From assembly GCF_006345805.1 (NCBI RefSeq), contig NC_043001.1, forward strand, positions 115,258,001 to 115,322,000: 64,000 nt of DNA. Direction: 5' to 3'. Source of the stretch: Octopus sinensis (lineage: Eukaryota). The position numbers and the translations under genes are program-made. Shown here in pieces: positions 50,912-63,583 of the stretch. The first letter of the stretch is position 1; the number at the start of each line of letters is the position of its first letter. The notes under the pieces were generated by a model, which was not told the DNA's origin, did no database searches, and saw only the letters and a list, made by a program, of their open reading frames with translations.

Positions 50912-51230
50912 GCTTTATCTTAAAATACACTTTACATTAAATCTGTTATAGTTTAATGCAATTTTCTTTAGATATTACGTACAGCTGTCCCTCTAATACG
51001 CAGACAAGATCTTAGGTTTGTAATTTGGTTCTCGTTTTATTGCTGCTGTCTTTGTTATCTACCCCTAGACCTACCTCAATCAAGATTTATTATGGAAGAC
51101 ATTCTAATCGGCACCATTGTGTCTTATATTTTCATTTATTGTCTCCAGAAATACCACATTTAATACGACAGCATGTTATCAGAAGCAAATTTAACGGTAA
51201 TGGTAGTAGTTGCAATAGTGGTTGTAACAA

Positions 51231-51237
<7 letters not shown>

Positions 51238-51262
<25 letters not shown>

Positions 51263-51302
51263 ATAGTAGCAGTAATAGTAGTAGTAGTAATAGTAGCAGT
51301 AA

Positions 51303-51336
<34 letters not shown>

Positions 51337-51340
51337 TGTA

Positions 51341-51380
<40 letters not shown>

Positions 51381-51381
51381 T
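51238..51381. repeat. (CAG)/(TAG)n repeat
   Basis: Direct reading. Confidence 0.95.
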
Positions 51382-51469
51382 TAAGAACATTTTTATTTAG
51401 GACATCATCATAACCATCATTATCCTCATCGTCATCACCATCATCATCGTCATTATCATCATCACTGGA

Positions 51470-51848
51470 TGGGATGGAAGCACTCCGTCGGTTACCACGA
51501 CAAGGGTTCCGGTTGATCTGAATCAATGGAACAGCCTGCTCGTGAAATTAACGTGTAAGTGGCTGAGCACTCCACAGACACGTGTACCCTTAACGTAGTT
51601 CTCGGGGATATTCAGCGTGACACAGAGAGTGACAAGACCGGCCCTTTGAAATACAGGTACAACAGAAACAGGAAGTAGGAGTGAGAGAAAGTTGTGGTGA
51701 AAGAGTACAGCAGGGATCACCACCATCCCCTGCCGGAGCCTCGTGGAGCTTTAGGTGTTTTCGCTCAATAAACACTCACAACGCCCGGTCTGGGAATCGA
51801 AACCGCGATCCTATGACCGCGAGTCCGCTGCCCTAACCACTGGGCCAT
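51470..51848 (-). mobile_element. tRNA-derived SINE, family D
   Basis: Minus head ATGGCCCAGTGGTTAGGGCAGCGG...GCGGTTTCGATTCCC. The GGAACAGCCTGCTCGTGAAATTAACGTG...CCCTTAACGTAGTTCTC block is shared with 60215 and 49010. Confidence 0.88.
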
Positions 51849-52104
51849 CACTACCACCATTGCCATGAACATCATTACCACTATCATCATCACCACCATC
51901 ACAACCATCGTCATCATCACCATCAAGATGATCAACCACCATTACCATCATCACCATCATCAGCAGCAGTATTACTATCATTACCCCCACTATCATCACT
52001 ATCATCACCATCTCCATCGTTAACCATCATCCAAAACCGACATATCCACAAGCATCACCACCGCTACCATTTTCATCGTTTAATAATAATATAGACATAA
52101 TAAA

Positions 52105-52510
52105 GTCGGTGAGCTGGCAGAACAGTTAGCACGCCGGGCAAAATGCTTAGCTATATTGTCAAATTGGTCTTTCATTTTCATGTTCGATAAAATAAGTACC
52201 AGTTGAACACTGGGGTCGATGTAATCGTCCACCCCACTTCTCCTATATTGCTGGCCTTGTGCCAAAATTTGAAAGTACTATTATAGACTTGATAAGAGCA
52301 GTGAGCTGTCAAAATCGTCAAGCACGCTATGCAAAATGCTTAGCGGTGCATCGTCCGTCTTTCCTTTCTAAATCCAAATTCCGCTGAGGTCGACTTTGCC
52401 TTTCATCCTTTTTGGAGTCGATAAAATAATTACCAGTTGAGCACTCGGGTCGATGTTATTGACTAACCCCTCCCCGAAATTGCTGGCCTTGTGCCAAAAT
52501 TTGAAGCCAA
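52105..52510 (+). mobile_element. Two adjacent family B (old) SINEs
   Basis: Heads at 52108 and ~52298. Tails GCTGGCCTTGTGCCAAAATTTGAA. Confidence 0.85.
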
Positions 52511-53339
52511 TGTTGTAGACAACAAAAATACTTGTGCTGCTATAGTTGCTTTGCTTTGTTGTGTTATTGTGGAGTTCACCTTTTATATTTTAGCTGTTTT
52601 GCTGTTCTTGCAATTTTACTCCTGTACCGCCATTTTCTTTCTATTTACTTCTCTTTTCCCACTTCGCCATTTTTTTTTTCGTTTCCTTCTTTGTTTTCCA
52701 TTGTTGTTTTCTGGTTTGTCTTTGTTCTAAGTGTTTTGCTCCTGTGATTATCGTTGTCGTTATTGTTGTTCTTCCTCGTCTTGTTTTTTGTCATTGATTG
52801 GAAAAAGTTGTGTTTGTTTTGACGCCGTGATTCTTATGCTGCCACTTTATAATTTCGCCATTTAAAGACATCTTGAAAGAAAGTAAAGTCAGAAATTATA
52901 GAGAGACGAGAATTTATGCCAAATACTTAGATTTGTTGAGGGTGGGTGGGGAGTTCATGTTTTCTAGACATTGTGTTTCGTCGAAATTAGAGAGAATGAA
53001 AGGTAAAACTGAAATAAGAAAGAAAGAAAGAAAAAAGATAGATAGGCGGTGGCGTGGCTGTGTTGGAAGAAGTTTGTTTCCTAACCACATGGTTCCGTGT
53101 TCAATCCCATTGCGTAGTCAAACCGGTGTCGTCATTGCTGTTCACTGGCTTTGAATGCGTACCGATCATCAAACGGTGTCGTGTCTTCTAGTCCCTGAGT
53201 AAAAAGATTGTGTAAGGGAGGTAAGTAGTTCTGGACGTGGTGCAATTAGGGTCGATATAATACTGTAATATGAATGGTATAAGGAATGTATGGGTGTTAG
53301 TGGAATTACTGGTAAGGTTAGTAGTGTTATGTATTATGT

Positions 53340-53990
53340 TATGTTCATGTTACGTTGTGGATGATATTTATTGATGAAAGATGCTTCTTTATTCATTCTT
53401 TGCAGTACTGAGGTGTTCTGTGAACATAGATAGAAGGGGGTGTTAGAAAATTAGGATTTAAGGTTCCTAGCACACCTATCTATGTGTTCACTGACCTGTG
53501 TCTGTCTCTGTTTTGTGGCTAGCGGATTTGTTCTTTGTGAAGAGTGGTTCTTCGACAGAGTGATATTCCACTTTGGCCAATATGTTGATTATCGTACCCG
53601 AAGCAGGTAATGGCATAGATTAGATTTTCCGAAGCACAGGTGAAATTTGATTTAATCTTAAATATTTCGCTTTGCTTAAAGTGGAATTCTGTACCCTCCA
53701 AAAAGTGGGGGCATGTGCCACAGTTAGGCCGACTGCATTTTTTTTCATTTTTGGTTCCGTTGTTAATGGATAAAATCTTGGTTGGTTAATATTTTTTTCA
53801 GTGATTTCGGTTGCATTTTGCTCTTGATAATTTTGTGTGAGCCTAAAATTTTGTTCATTGTTTTATCTCCTGTGAAAATAGGTGAATTTTGGGTGATAAT
53901 GTTGAAGGCTTCGTTGATTCTAGGGTTATGTCTGGAGATGTATGGGGGTATTTTTAAGCCTACGCTATTTTTCATAAAAGAGCCATTATT
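53340..53990 (-). pseudogene. Penelope-like element: linker, Cys knuckle and GIY-YIG endonuclease, decayed
   Basis: PYISRHNPRINEAFNIITQN...SKMQPKSLKKILT; KKCSRPNCGTCPHFLEG; SENLIYAITCFGYDNQHIGQSG..RTTLHKEQIR; SEHIDRCA...RMNKEASFI. The CxxxxCxxC linker suggests a Neptune-like clade. Confidence 0.85.
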
Positions 53991-54109
53991 TTTTCATATT
54001 CAATGTACATTTTCGCTGTTTTTTTCTTACTTTTCCCATATCTTTTCCACGTGTAGTTTCTATTTTCTGTTTGAAACATGTTTCTATTATATATATATAT
54101 ATATATATC

Positions 54110-54144
<35 letters not shown>

Positions 54145-56371
54145 GCAGACAGAAACAAAGTACGAAAAAGACGCTGAGGATAAAGGATATGATAAGTAAG
54201 CAACAAAAGATAACATTGAAACAGGCACGAAGTGTCTCAACAGTATGAGAAATGTTGGGCAGCAAGGAAAGTAGAGAGAAAAGTTTATGCATGTATGTGC
54301 GAGTATAAAATGTTATAAGTGGCATAAAAATAATATAGTTGTGGGAGAAATATTTTCTTTGGCTAGTAAAGAACATTTTTGAATGGCTGAGGAAAAGTAT
54401 AATGCTCATGCCCTTTTACAGGGTCTCCGAGACTGAAAGGAAGGAGAAGGGTATTCTGAAACCGGAAAACCTACTCGAATGCTTGCAAACAATGAACTCC
54501 GATGAGGGCACCAGAATACCAGGTTATGGTGTTAAACTATACATAGAGAGTTGAACTTATAACAAGGCATCCATTCAGGCGTTCTGATGGCAAGGTAGTT
54601 GTGCCAATGCGCTGCTTAGGATAGGTACTTATGTCTCTCGAAAGGATGAAAGAGAAATTCGATATCCACGATGCTAAATGACCCAAATGATATTATATAG
54701 GATTATGGATATAAAGCGTATATGAAATATGACAGAGTGGAGGAAAGGAAGTATTAATACTCAATGGAATTACGTATGCAAAATAAGGGTCGAAAATTCA
54801 GTGAAACAGAGTGTGTCACCATTTCTAGTGAATCAGGAGAGACTAAAACTGAAGAGAGTAATGGAGCAATTTTGATTGTTTCCAGTCAATATCTAAGTAT
54901 GGAAACATTCTGGCACTTTGCGTTATTAGCTCAACTCTACATGTGTGGTTTAACACCATTCTGCTACACGGAAATAAGTATAGAAAGATACAGATATGAA
55001 AGTTTCGGAGTGTATTATTAAATATAGTGTGATCAAAGCTACTATATTAGATAAAGTGTATTATATAAAGTGTGAGGAAGAAAACAGAAAGAATTCATGG
55101 TTCTTTCCCGGTAAAAAGCTAAGTATTAATACATACAATCAGATGTCGGTGTGATCATGTACTGCTTCAGATCATTGTTCCCAAAGATTTTTAATCATTT
55201 ATTAAACATTTCTGATCTAGCACTTAGTTTGTTTACAAATTACGAAGTTTATAAGTATGGTTTGTTATATATTCAGTAACACGCAAAATTTTCTCTATGT
55301 CCTACATATCTTGCGGATCTTCCACTGGATACAGAGTTTAGTATCATTTTCTCTCAGGCTCCAGTTTTGCAATTGAATAGCATTTTTGTATACATCTCTT
55401 TATATTTCTAAAAGAATAAGTGTTATTAAGGAACCGTCTTTTAAATTTACTTACCATGATTTCATTGTAATTTTTATGTAGGATATTAAAGTAAATTTCG
55501 TGTAAGCGTTATACTCGCTTCAGTGTTTAAAGACCAATTTCGTTAGAGCTATAGCCCTTTTATAAGCTATAATCTGCTGTGAGATGCCATGTATATATCT
55601 CACCCCAGGGCATGTGTGATGCAAAATAAGAACGCAGTTACAACTCCGAATCGTACTAAATTCAGGGTAATTATACAACCTAGCCTACATGAAGAAAACA
55701 CTAGCAACAAAAACACACACACGGACATATATATGCGTGTGTGTAAGTATATATTCACACACACACTCATACATACTCACATATACATATACACGCGCAC
55801 GCACTCACACACGCACACACGTACACACACATATATACACACACACACATACGCACGCACACACATATATATCAAATGGATGTCTTATAAAACTATTCCA
55901 ACATTCAATAACAGCCATTCCAACAATCCAATATACTTCCATATATATATATATATATATATTATATATTATATATATATATAATATATATCAATAAATG
56001 AATGAGAATAAAATGAATGCGGATGAGAGATATGCAATCACCGTCGTTACCTTACAGCTGTTCTGCTATGGGATGTTGCATAGGTACTCAGTTCTGAGTG
56101 CGATGCTTCGTGTAACACAAGCAGCTTTCTAAACCTATGCAAATGATTGAGTAACAACTGTTCTCTTGTCATTCGTTAATTGATGTCTTGCTCTATATTC
56201 TCATGACACATTTTATTCAAAATCATGATACTTATATATAAGTGTGTGGTGGGATTGAGTTGGGGAGTGTATATGTACATACGTATATGCATATATATAT
56301 AAATATATATAATACGTTTAAATATTTGTTGTGCAAGATTTTTTATATGAAGTCGTGTGTTGAAACAGATA

Positions 56372-56562
56372 TGTTATATTTCGGAATGGTCCTTTGCCAG
56401 TTTAGCCAATAAAAACAACGCACTATATTTGTATTATTTTGCTTCATGGCCGAAATAAGATTAAGATTAATGTAAAAAATAAATAACATGAGAAATAACA
56501 CCAATATATAGTGCGTGTGTTTTATTGGCTAAACTGGCAAATGACCATTCCGAAATATAACA
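56372..56562. repeat. Fold-back inverted repeat (~55-bp arms, ~80-bp spacer)
   Basis: 56372-56426 pairs with 56508-56562. The upstream flank GCAAGATT..TATATGA..GTGTGTTGAA matches the flank of the 4276 fold-back. Followed by (TA)n. Confidence 0.87.
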
Positions 56563-57426
56563 ATATATATATATATATTATATTATATATATATATATAG
56601 TATGTATGTATGTATGTATGTAGTAGTCTGTATGTATGTATGTATATATGTATGTATGTATGTATGTATTATGTATGCATGTATGTATGTATGTATGTAT
56701 ATGTATGCATGTATGTGTATGTATGTATATATATATAAAGAAACACTCACACTATGTTATCGGTTTTCTTCCTTTCCTATATATTAATAGCTGAAATCAA
56801 CACTCGAGCATGCGTGCATGCGAGCATCAGACACACACACAGACACACACGCGCACAAACACAGACACAGACACACACATACACGCACCCATACATACAA
56901 ACATACACACATGTACATACACACACACACAATAAAGAGGGTATGAAAGTTGAGGGAAAAGCAATAATTAGTAAATAAATAAATAAATAAATACACATCT
57001 TTATATGTAAAACTATTTATGGAGTCTTTCTGATGTTCCAGAAAATATCACCAAAAGTTTGGCACCAACTATGTTGTATCCTTCGATTGAAAATCAATAA
57101 TTTGAGGTTTTGCTGTCTATGTTTAGAGGCAATATCAGCGAGAAATATTCACATATTGGTTGATTCGGCAGTAATCGATATTCTTGAGTCTGAAATTCTT
57201 TTTGGTTATTTTTTTTTTGTTTGCTCTTTTGTGAGTGTTTAAATACGTTTGTTTTATGCTTCTTTTATATTCGATGCTGCATTGGGTCTGGGAGTATATC
57301 GCATTAGAAGAAAGTTAAATGCATTGATAATTCTTAATCTAGCCATCTTCCATCCATCTCCATATTTTGTCTTGCTCTTTTACAGTATATATGGGTGTGT
57401 GCTCGTGTGTGGAATAATATATATAG

Positions 57427-57473
<47 letters not shown>

Positions 57474-58582
57474 ATTATGTATACTGTATAACATATAAAA
57501 TTATATATAGATACATATATATATATATTATATTATAATATATATATAAATTATGTATACTGTATACACCTATAATATATATATATATATATATATAAAT
57601 ATATTTATAATATATCATATAATACACACATGTGTGTATTTACGTATGTACATATACAGACAAACGTACACATGCATATATGTATGTGTATGTGTGTGTG
57701 TATGTGTGTGTGTATGTGTGTGTGTATGTGTGTGTATATGTATGTATGCATACAAGCACGTATGTACGTGAATATGTGTATTGTGTTCATGCGTGTATAT
57801 TGTGCGTGTATGCGTCTGTGTATATGTATATATGTATGTATATGCATATATAGCTGACTCTCATATCTCACCTCCACCTCTCATTCTGTGTTTTGTCGCC
57901 TTCTTTCAGTGTCTTTTCACTGTCTTTCACTCTCTCTTTAACTCTCCTCTCTCTCTCACTCATTCTCTCAGTTTCTCTCCATCTTTCTCTCAACTCTCTC
58001 TCTCTCCTTCTTCCTTCCTCACTCTCCCTCTTTTCTATCCCATTCCGTGTTATTTATTACATGATTTGCATCATTCATGCATTTCATAGACATCTTTTAC
58101 GCTCTTTCTTTTTCTCTTTTTGATTATTTATCGTTTTTTTTTTGTTGCGCAGTTAAAGAATGGATTTGCTCCCTTCTTTCGATGTTCTCACGTTCTTCAT
58201 TTCCACCTTCCTCGCAATATTTCCTGTCTCTGTGTCCTCATCAATATTTCTGTTGTTGTTGTTGCAGGTGTTGTGGTTTTTGCTGGTGTAGGTGTTGTAG
58301 TTTTTGTTGTTGAAGGTGCTGTGTTTTTTGTTGTGGTGGTGGTTGTGGTTGTTGTTCTTTTTGTTGATGATGATGATGATGATGATGATGATGCTGTCTG
58401 CTAAGAGCCGTTTCCCCTTTGGTCGCTACTCTAACCACTATAAATATATATATATATATATATACACATACATACATACATACATACATATACATGCATA
58501 TAATATATATATTATATATATATATATATATATAATATATATATATATATACATACATACATACTACATACATACATATACA

Positions 58583-58625
<43 letters not shown>

Positions 58626-58958
58626 CTTTTATTAATATTCATTTCTTCCTTCATCACAAGGCTAATTTGTAAATCCAATAAATATATTGACTGAATTGAT
58701 CCCCCGTATTTTACTAGTATTTATATTATTTATCCTGGAGCTATTACACGAGGCTGCTATTTCCGTGTCTTACTTTTCCATTAACTCGTTCCTTTTACTT
58801 TTTATCAAAATTAATAGAATCAGGCTGGCAAAGCAAAAGTGGTAGATGGGGATCAGAGAAGTAAGTCCATCTACTTATTTGGCTAATAACTTCCGGTAAA
58901 ACATTATACTCACAATATCTCGTTTAGCGATATATATATATATATATATATAGGTATA

Positions 58959-59013
<55 letters not shown>

Positions 59014-59188
59014 GTATATGTATATATATTGAATGTTAACCAAAGTTGAATGAAACTATTGGTAGTGTGCGATCGCAAAATTATTTTAAGCTCTAGAATA
59101 GTTTCTTCTGATTATTGCCACTTTATCAGGATGTCTACTAGTGTTCGTTTTACAGAGGAGAAGAATATATATGTATGTGTTTTTGTGT

Positions 59189-59226
<38 letters not shown>

Positions 59227-59228
<2 letters not shown>

Positions 59229-59525
59229 TAGCACTATGACCCGGCAACACCGGGTCATAATGCTAGTCTGACATAAAATAGAGAAATGCTTTTGTTTCAC
59301 TTTTAACACGTAATACTGAAATAGTGGAGAAGATATGATATTGCTATGGGCTCGCTCTAGGCATGAAGTTGAACATTTTTTTTGCCCATGAAACTACATG
59401 GACCCTAAGTAAGGCATGTGTAAAATTTGAATGAAATTGGTTGTGTAGTTCTCAAGTTTTAGGGAAACACACAGACAGACAGACAGACAGACATACAGAC
59501 AGACTCACATTCTCAGTTTTATATA
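59227..59525. mobile_element. Helitron/Helentron-like non-autonomous element with a terminal hairpin and (CAGA)n
   Basis: ACTAGCACTATGACCCGG-CAACA-CCGGGTCATAATGCTAGT (17 of 18 bp), AAATTTGAATGAAATTGG...GTAGTT, (CAGA)n, ends in TTTTATATATA. Confidence 0.6.
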
Positions 59526-59661
59526 TATATATTTATATATTTATATATTTATATATATATACTTAAACATATCAAAGGGAAATGGAAAATTTATTAAAAT
59601 TTTCACCTCCAGTGGCCTAACGTGTAAACATTTAGTCCCAAAAGACTATGAATTAGTCATA

Positions 59662-60073
59662 ATATATAGTGTACATTTAAACACATAAGGAATCCACTCG
59701 TGGAATTCAACACGTTAGAAAGAACAGCTAGGTTCTATAACCACAAAATTAGGGATAAAATTCGACAGGAATGAACTGAAAAAATATAAACATTTTACCA
59801 TCAAGTTTCCTGGACCAATTGGTTTCTGATTTTAGTTTAGCAATAAATAATATTTGCTCACGAGGTGAAATTGTCCTCAACAGGTACACTTTGGGTTAAA
59901 TACATAAACAACCTAATTGGTTCAGGGAACTTGATGGTAAAATGTTTTTATTTTTTCATTTCGTTTCTGTTGAATTTTATCCCTAATTTTTGTGGTTACG
60001 GAACCTAGCTGTTCTTTCTAACGTGTTGAATTCCACGAGTGGATTCCTTATGTGTTTAAATGTACACTATATA
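59662..60073. repeat. Long fold-back inverted repeat (~160-bp arms, ~85-bp spacer)
   Basis: 59662-59824 pairs with 59910-60073 at roughly 90% (by eye). Both ends read TATATAGTGTAC. Confidence 0.9.
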
Positions 60074-60084
60074 TATATTATATA

Positions 60085-60116
<32 letters not shown>

Positions 60117-60214
60117 ATATATATAATATTATATATATATATATGTATATGTATATCCATAGATAGATAGATATGTGCATGTGACTGCGTTTGTTTGTAT
60201 GAATGTGTGTATGG

Positions 60215-60515
60215 AAATGTCCGGTTACGACGACGAGAGTCCCAGCTGATACGATCAACGGAACAGCCTGCTCATGAAATTAACGTGCGACTGAGCAATC
60301 CACAGACACGCGTACCCTTAACGTAGTTCTCAGGGAGATTCTGCGTGACACAAAGTGTGACAAGGCCGGCCTTTTGAAATACAGGTACAACTCATTTTTG
60401 CCAGCTGAGTGGACTGGTGCAACGTGATATAAAGAGTGTCTTGCTCAAGGACACAACGCGTCTCTGGGAATCGAACTCACGACCTTACAATCGTGAGCCG
60501 AATGCCCTAACCACT
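60215..60515 (-). mobile_element. SINE with a family C-type head/middle and a family D-type tail
   Basis: GTCTTGCTCAAGGACACAAC and CATTTTTGCCAGCTGAGTGGACTGG are shared with 1655-1893. GGAACAGCCTGCTC...CCCTTAACGTAGTTCTC is shared with 51470. Confidence 0.88.
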
Positions 60516-60794
60516 CTGTATGTATATATACATAATTTATTATGAATAACGTCTTGTAAACTGCAGAATTGTTTTGCTATTTCGTAACTCTTCTAAATAA
60601 TTATACATCATATAAGATAATTTGGATGGGTTAGGTACGATTACCTCTACGAAACAGAGAACATTATACGTTGGTAAAGGTTTATTGTGGAAATTATAAG
60701 ATTCGATATCTCACACAGACCAGCAGTATCTTCTTGCCTGTTTACCTACAGGTCATTGTGAAATTCTGAACATTCCAATTGCCAAGGCTTGGTG

Positions 60795-61195
60795 GCATTT
60801 CGTCTGTCTCTATATTCTGAGTTCAAATTCCGCAGAGGAAGACTTTGCCTTTCATCCTTAGGGATCGATCAAATAAATACCAGTTGAGCACTGAGTTCGA
60901 TGCAATCGATTTACAACCCTCCTTCGTAATTGCTGGCCTTGTGTCAAAATTTGAAGCATTTGTTATTTGTATTTTTGTAATTATATAAGACGAAGAGCTA
61001 GCGAAGTCGTTAGCACGCAGTGCGAAATGCTCAGCAGCATTTTTTACGTTCTAAGTTCAAATTACGCCGAAGTAAATTTTGTCATTCATTTTTTTCAGGA
61101 TCGATAAAATATGTACCAGTTCAACACTGAGGTCGATGTAATCGGTTTACCCCATCCCCCAAAAAATTATAGATTTGTACCAAATTTTGAAATCA
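60795..61195 (+). mobile_element. Two family B (old) SINEs
   Basis: TTCTGAGTTCAAATTCCGC...GCTGGCCTTGTGTCAAAATTTGAA. Second copy starts at ~60995. Confidence 0.82.
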
Positions 61196-61264
61196 TCATA
61201 TCTGTAATTATTATATGAACGTGTTTTTGTCTCTTTCTATGTATGTCCATGTGTGCATCCATCG

Positions 61265-61481
61265 TACGAGGGTGGCTGAAAAGTTCCTGGCTTTAAGGGT
61301 CTCCTGAAAGGCCTGATCGGAAGCCCAAACTTCTGAATTCTTCTGCAAGCTTAGAAAAACTGAAGGACTGTTACACTAAGTTGGGAATCTAAGAGGGAAT
61401 ATGTTGAATACAATCATAATTAACTGATCATCCTGTATTTTCTTTTACCCAAACCCAGGAACTTTTCAGTACCCTCTCGTA
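61265..61481 (+). mobile_element. mariner-derived MITE (internally deleted)
   Basis: TIRs TACGAGGGTGGCTGAAAAGTTCCTGG / CCAGGAACTTTTCAGTACCCTCTCGTA. Retains the mariner C-terminal ..REYVE motif. Confidence 0.8.
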
Positions 61482-61990
61482 TATAATTACAGTAAATTAG
61501 GTTCTATAGAAATCTGGAATAAATTATATTTGCTTCTTAAGTAACCTGGCTCTAATGTTGCAGTTTTATTGCTCAGTGATGTGTAACACTGAAATTATTC
61601 ATACGATTCGTAGACAATCGTATTTCATTCGGAAAACGCAGTATACAGGCTCCATCGGCATTGTTCGACCTGCTAGCAATAGCAGTTAAATCTCACCTAA
61701 CCCACACTTAGCTCTCTTAAAATTTGAGCGAAACAGAAATATATTTAAAAGATTGTGAGACTGAACTTATTGTACAAAAACCCAGAAAATTTCCCTCATT
61801 TATATTCGGGATTTTGATGTATACAGCTAATGGTTAAAAAGTATTAAAAGTATTTCAAATTTCTTCCAGCCACACTGCATGCTATAATTATATATACATA
61901 TGCATTCGTGTGTAGGCGTATATATATAATAGAAATATTAAAATTACTAAGTCTCTCAAAAGGAGATTACGGCAGCGTTACTGGAAATTA

Positions 61991-62047
61991 ATAGTTATCG
62001 CCATACTAATCTTAATAAGACTGCCATATTAGTATGGCGATAACTAT
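61991..62047. repeat. Perfect 20-bp hairpin with a 17-nt loop, abutting (TA)n
   Basis: ATAGTTATCGCCATACTAAT ... ATTAGTATGGCGATAACTAT. Confidence 0.9.
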
Positions 62048-62070
62048 ATATATATATATATATATATATA

Positions 62071-62455
62071 GTAATACTAAGTAATTAAGGGTTTAGCAAC
62101 GATTTGCCTCACCACACACCGAATTTAGAAATAGCAGTCAAAGAGTTATGGCTATTCTTTCTACTTAAGAGAGAGATCTCAGTAAAACTACAGCACTTAA
62201 AAGGCAAACAACGCAGGTAAAAGAGAAAGAAATGACGACAATCATTCTATATTAAGTCACCTACGGACGTACGTTTCGAAATTAAGTCATAGGAAAGCAT
62301 AAAAATTAAATAATTATGTCTTACCCGACTACTTTTCTCCTCAGCGTAGGACTCTACAATTATGAATAATTGTGTATTAAATTTGGCGGCACTAGAAGAC
62401 ATCACCTCAACTCATGGTATCAGAGCGAGCGTAAGCCGTGACCAGTACCACCAAT
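62071..62455 (-). mobile_element. ~385-bp non-coding HHR-bearing element between two (TA)n tracts
   Basis: Complex sequence bounded by (TA)n at ~62045-62070 and ~62455-62530. Contains the canonical HHR below and no ORF. Confidence 0.7.
62260..62350 (-). ncRNA. Type I hammerhead ribozyme, canonical core, GUC site
   Basis: CCTACG-CTGAGGA-GAAA(AGT)AGTC...GACT(TAA)TTTC-GAAA-C-GTAC-G-TC|CGTAGG. Stem I 6 perfect bp, G10.1-C11.1, palindromic ACGTACGT stem III. Cut between 62266 and 62265. Confidence 0.9.
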
Positions 62456-62486
62456 ATATATATATATTATATATATAATATATATC

Positions 62487-62518
<32 letters not shown>

Positions 62519-62650
62519 ATATATACATATACATATACATATGTATACCTACATATATATACATATATATTTATATGCATAAATATACATAATTATTGAT
62601 CACCTTTAGTTTTACCAGTCGAATATAATATATAAATATGAATATAATTG

Positions 62651-62687
62651 TTGAAGAGGTCCAATAAGACCGAAATATGTCCTTTAT
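62651..62687 (+). ncRNA. Degenerate minimal hammerhead
   Basis: TTGAAGA-GGTC-CAATAA-GACC-GAAA-TATG-TC. C3 to T and ACATGT to ATATGT; stem I is not intact. Confidence 0.5.
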
Positions 62688-63541
62688 GATTTTCACTAGT
62701 TATCTTTAAAAGCAATACCCAAGACCATGTGACTTATCAATTTTATCTAAAATTTTCAATTTACTAATCTTAATAACGTTTTTCTATCTTGCTTGTTATT
62801 TTCATGTTGCAAACTCCCCCTATTACGTTGTCTTGTCAACCAATCGTATAAATAATCTCAGTTAATACAAGCTTCTTTTGTTTGTTTGTTTGTTTGTTTT
62901 TTGTTTTTGTTGTTGTTGTCTTTTTTCATTTTGCTGTATTTCAACACACGTGATACCCTGTGAGAAACTACCATATTCGCCAATTATACAGTTACACAGT
63001 GCACTTGCTGTCTTACAAGAGCGGGTTCGTACTTGCCAGTTGGTTCTTAGCTCCATCTAGAGAGCTAAGTGAAATATTGGTGATAACAATAATGAGAGAA
63101 GACATAAACTTTCTCTCCCACCGATAACCGATAGATTTCGAAACGGTAGCAGCCACCAAATTCTCTGTCTCAGAAGTCTGTTAAGTGCATCAGATTTACT
63201 AACAAGTAGAGAAACTCTCTGAGTGGAATCATGTTAAAACGAAATACTATAACTACGACAGTCCTACTTAACACAGGTAATTGAATGAATGCGCAGTCAC
63301 AACTCACCTGCGGTTATTCATGTTTTTTTTGTTCGTTTTTTTTGTGGGGGGGGAGGGGCTTTTCTTTTTACTCTGTTCTCTTTATCAATAACTGATTTTT
63401 AAAAAAGTAAATGAATACATCAAAGGGCATAGTTTCTAAGTGCTATAGACACATGTCTATGTATCATTATGTGAAAACGTGTGCTATGTATCTTGGTGAC
63501 TATGAACGCGTGCGTGTATGTATCCAGATAGATTGTTATTA

Positions 63542-63583
<42 letters not shown>

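Noticed and set aside
53110-53185. Possible HHR downstream of the minus-strand PLE (TTGATGA...TGAACAGC)
   Set aside because: Multiple core changes and no buildable stems.
62862-63056. Cys-containing minus-strand ORF resembling an EGF fragment
   Set aside because: Cysteine spacing does not fit EGF, and alternative donors give inconsistent frames.
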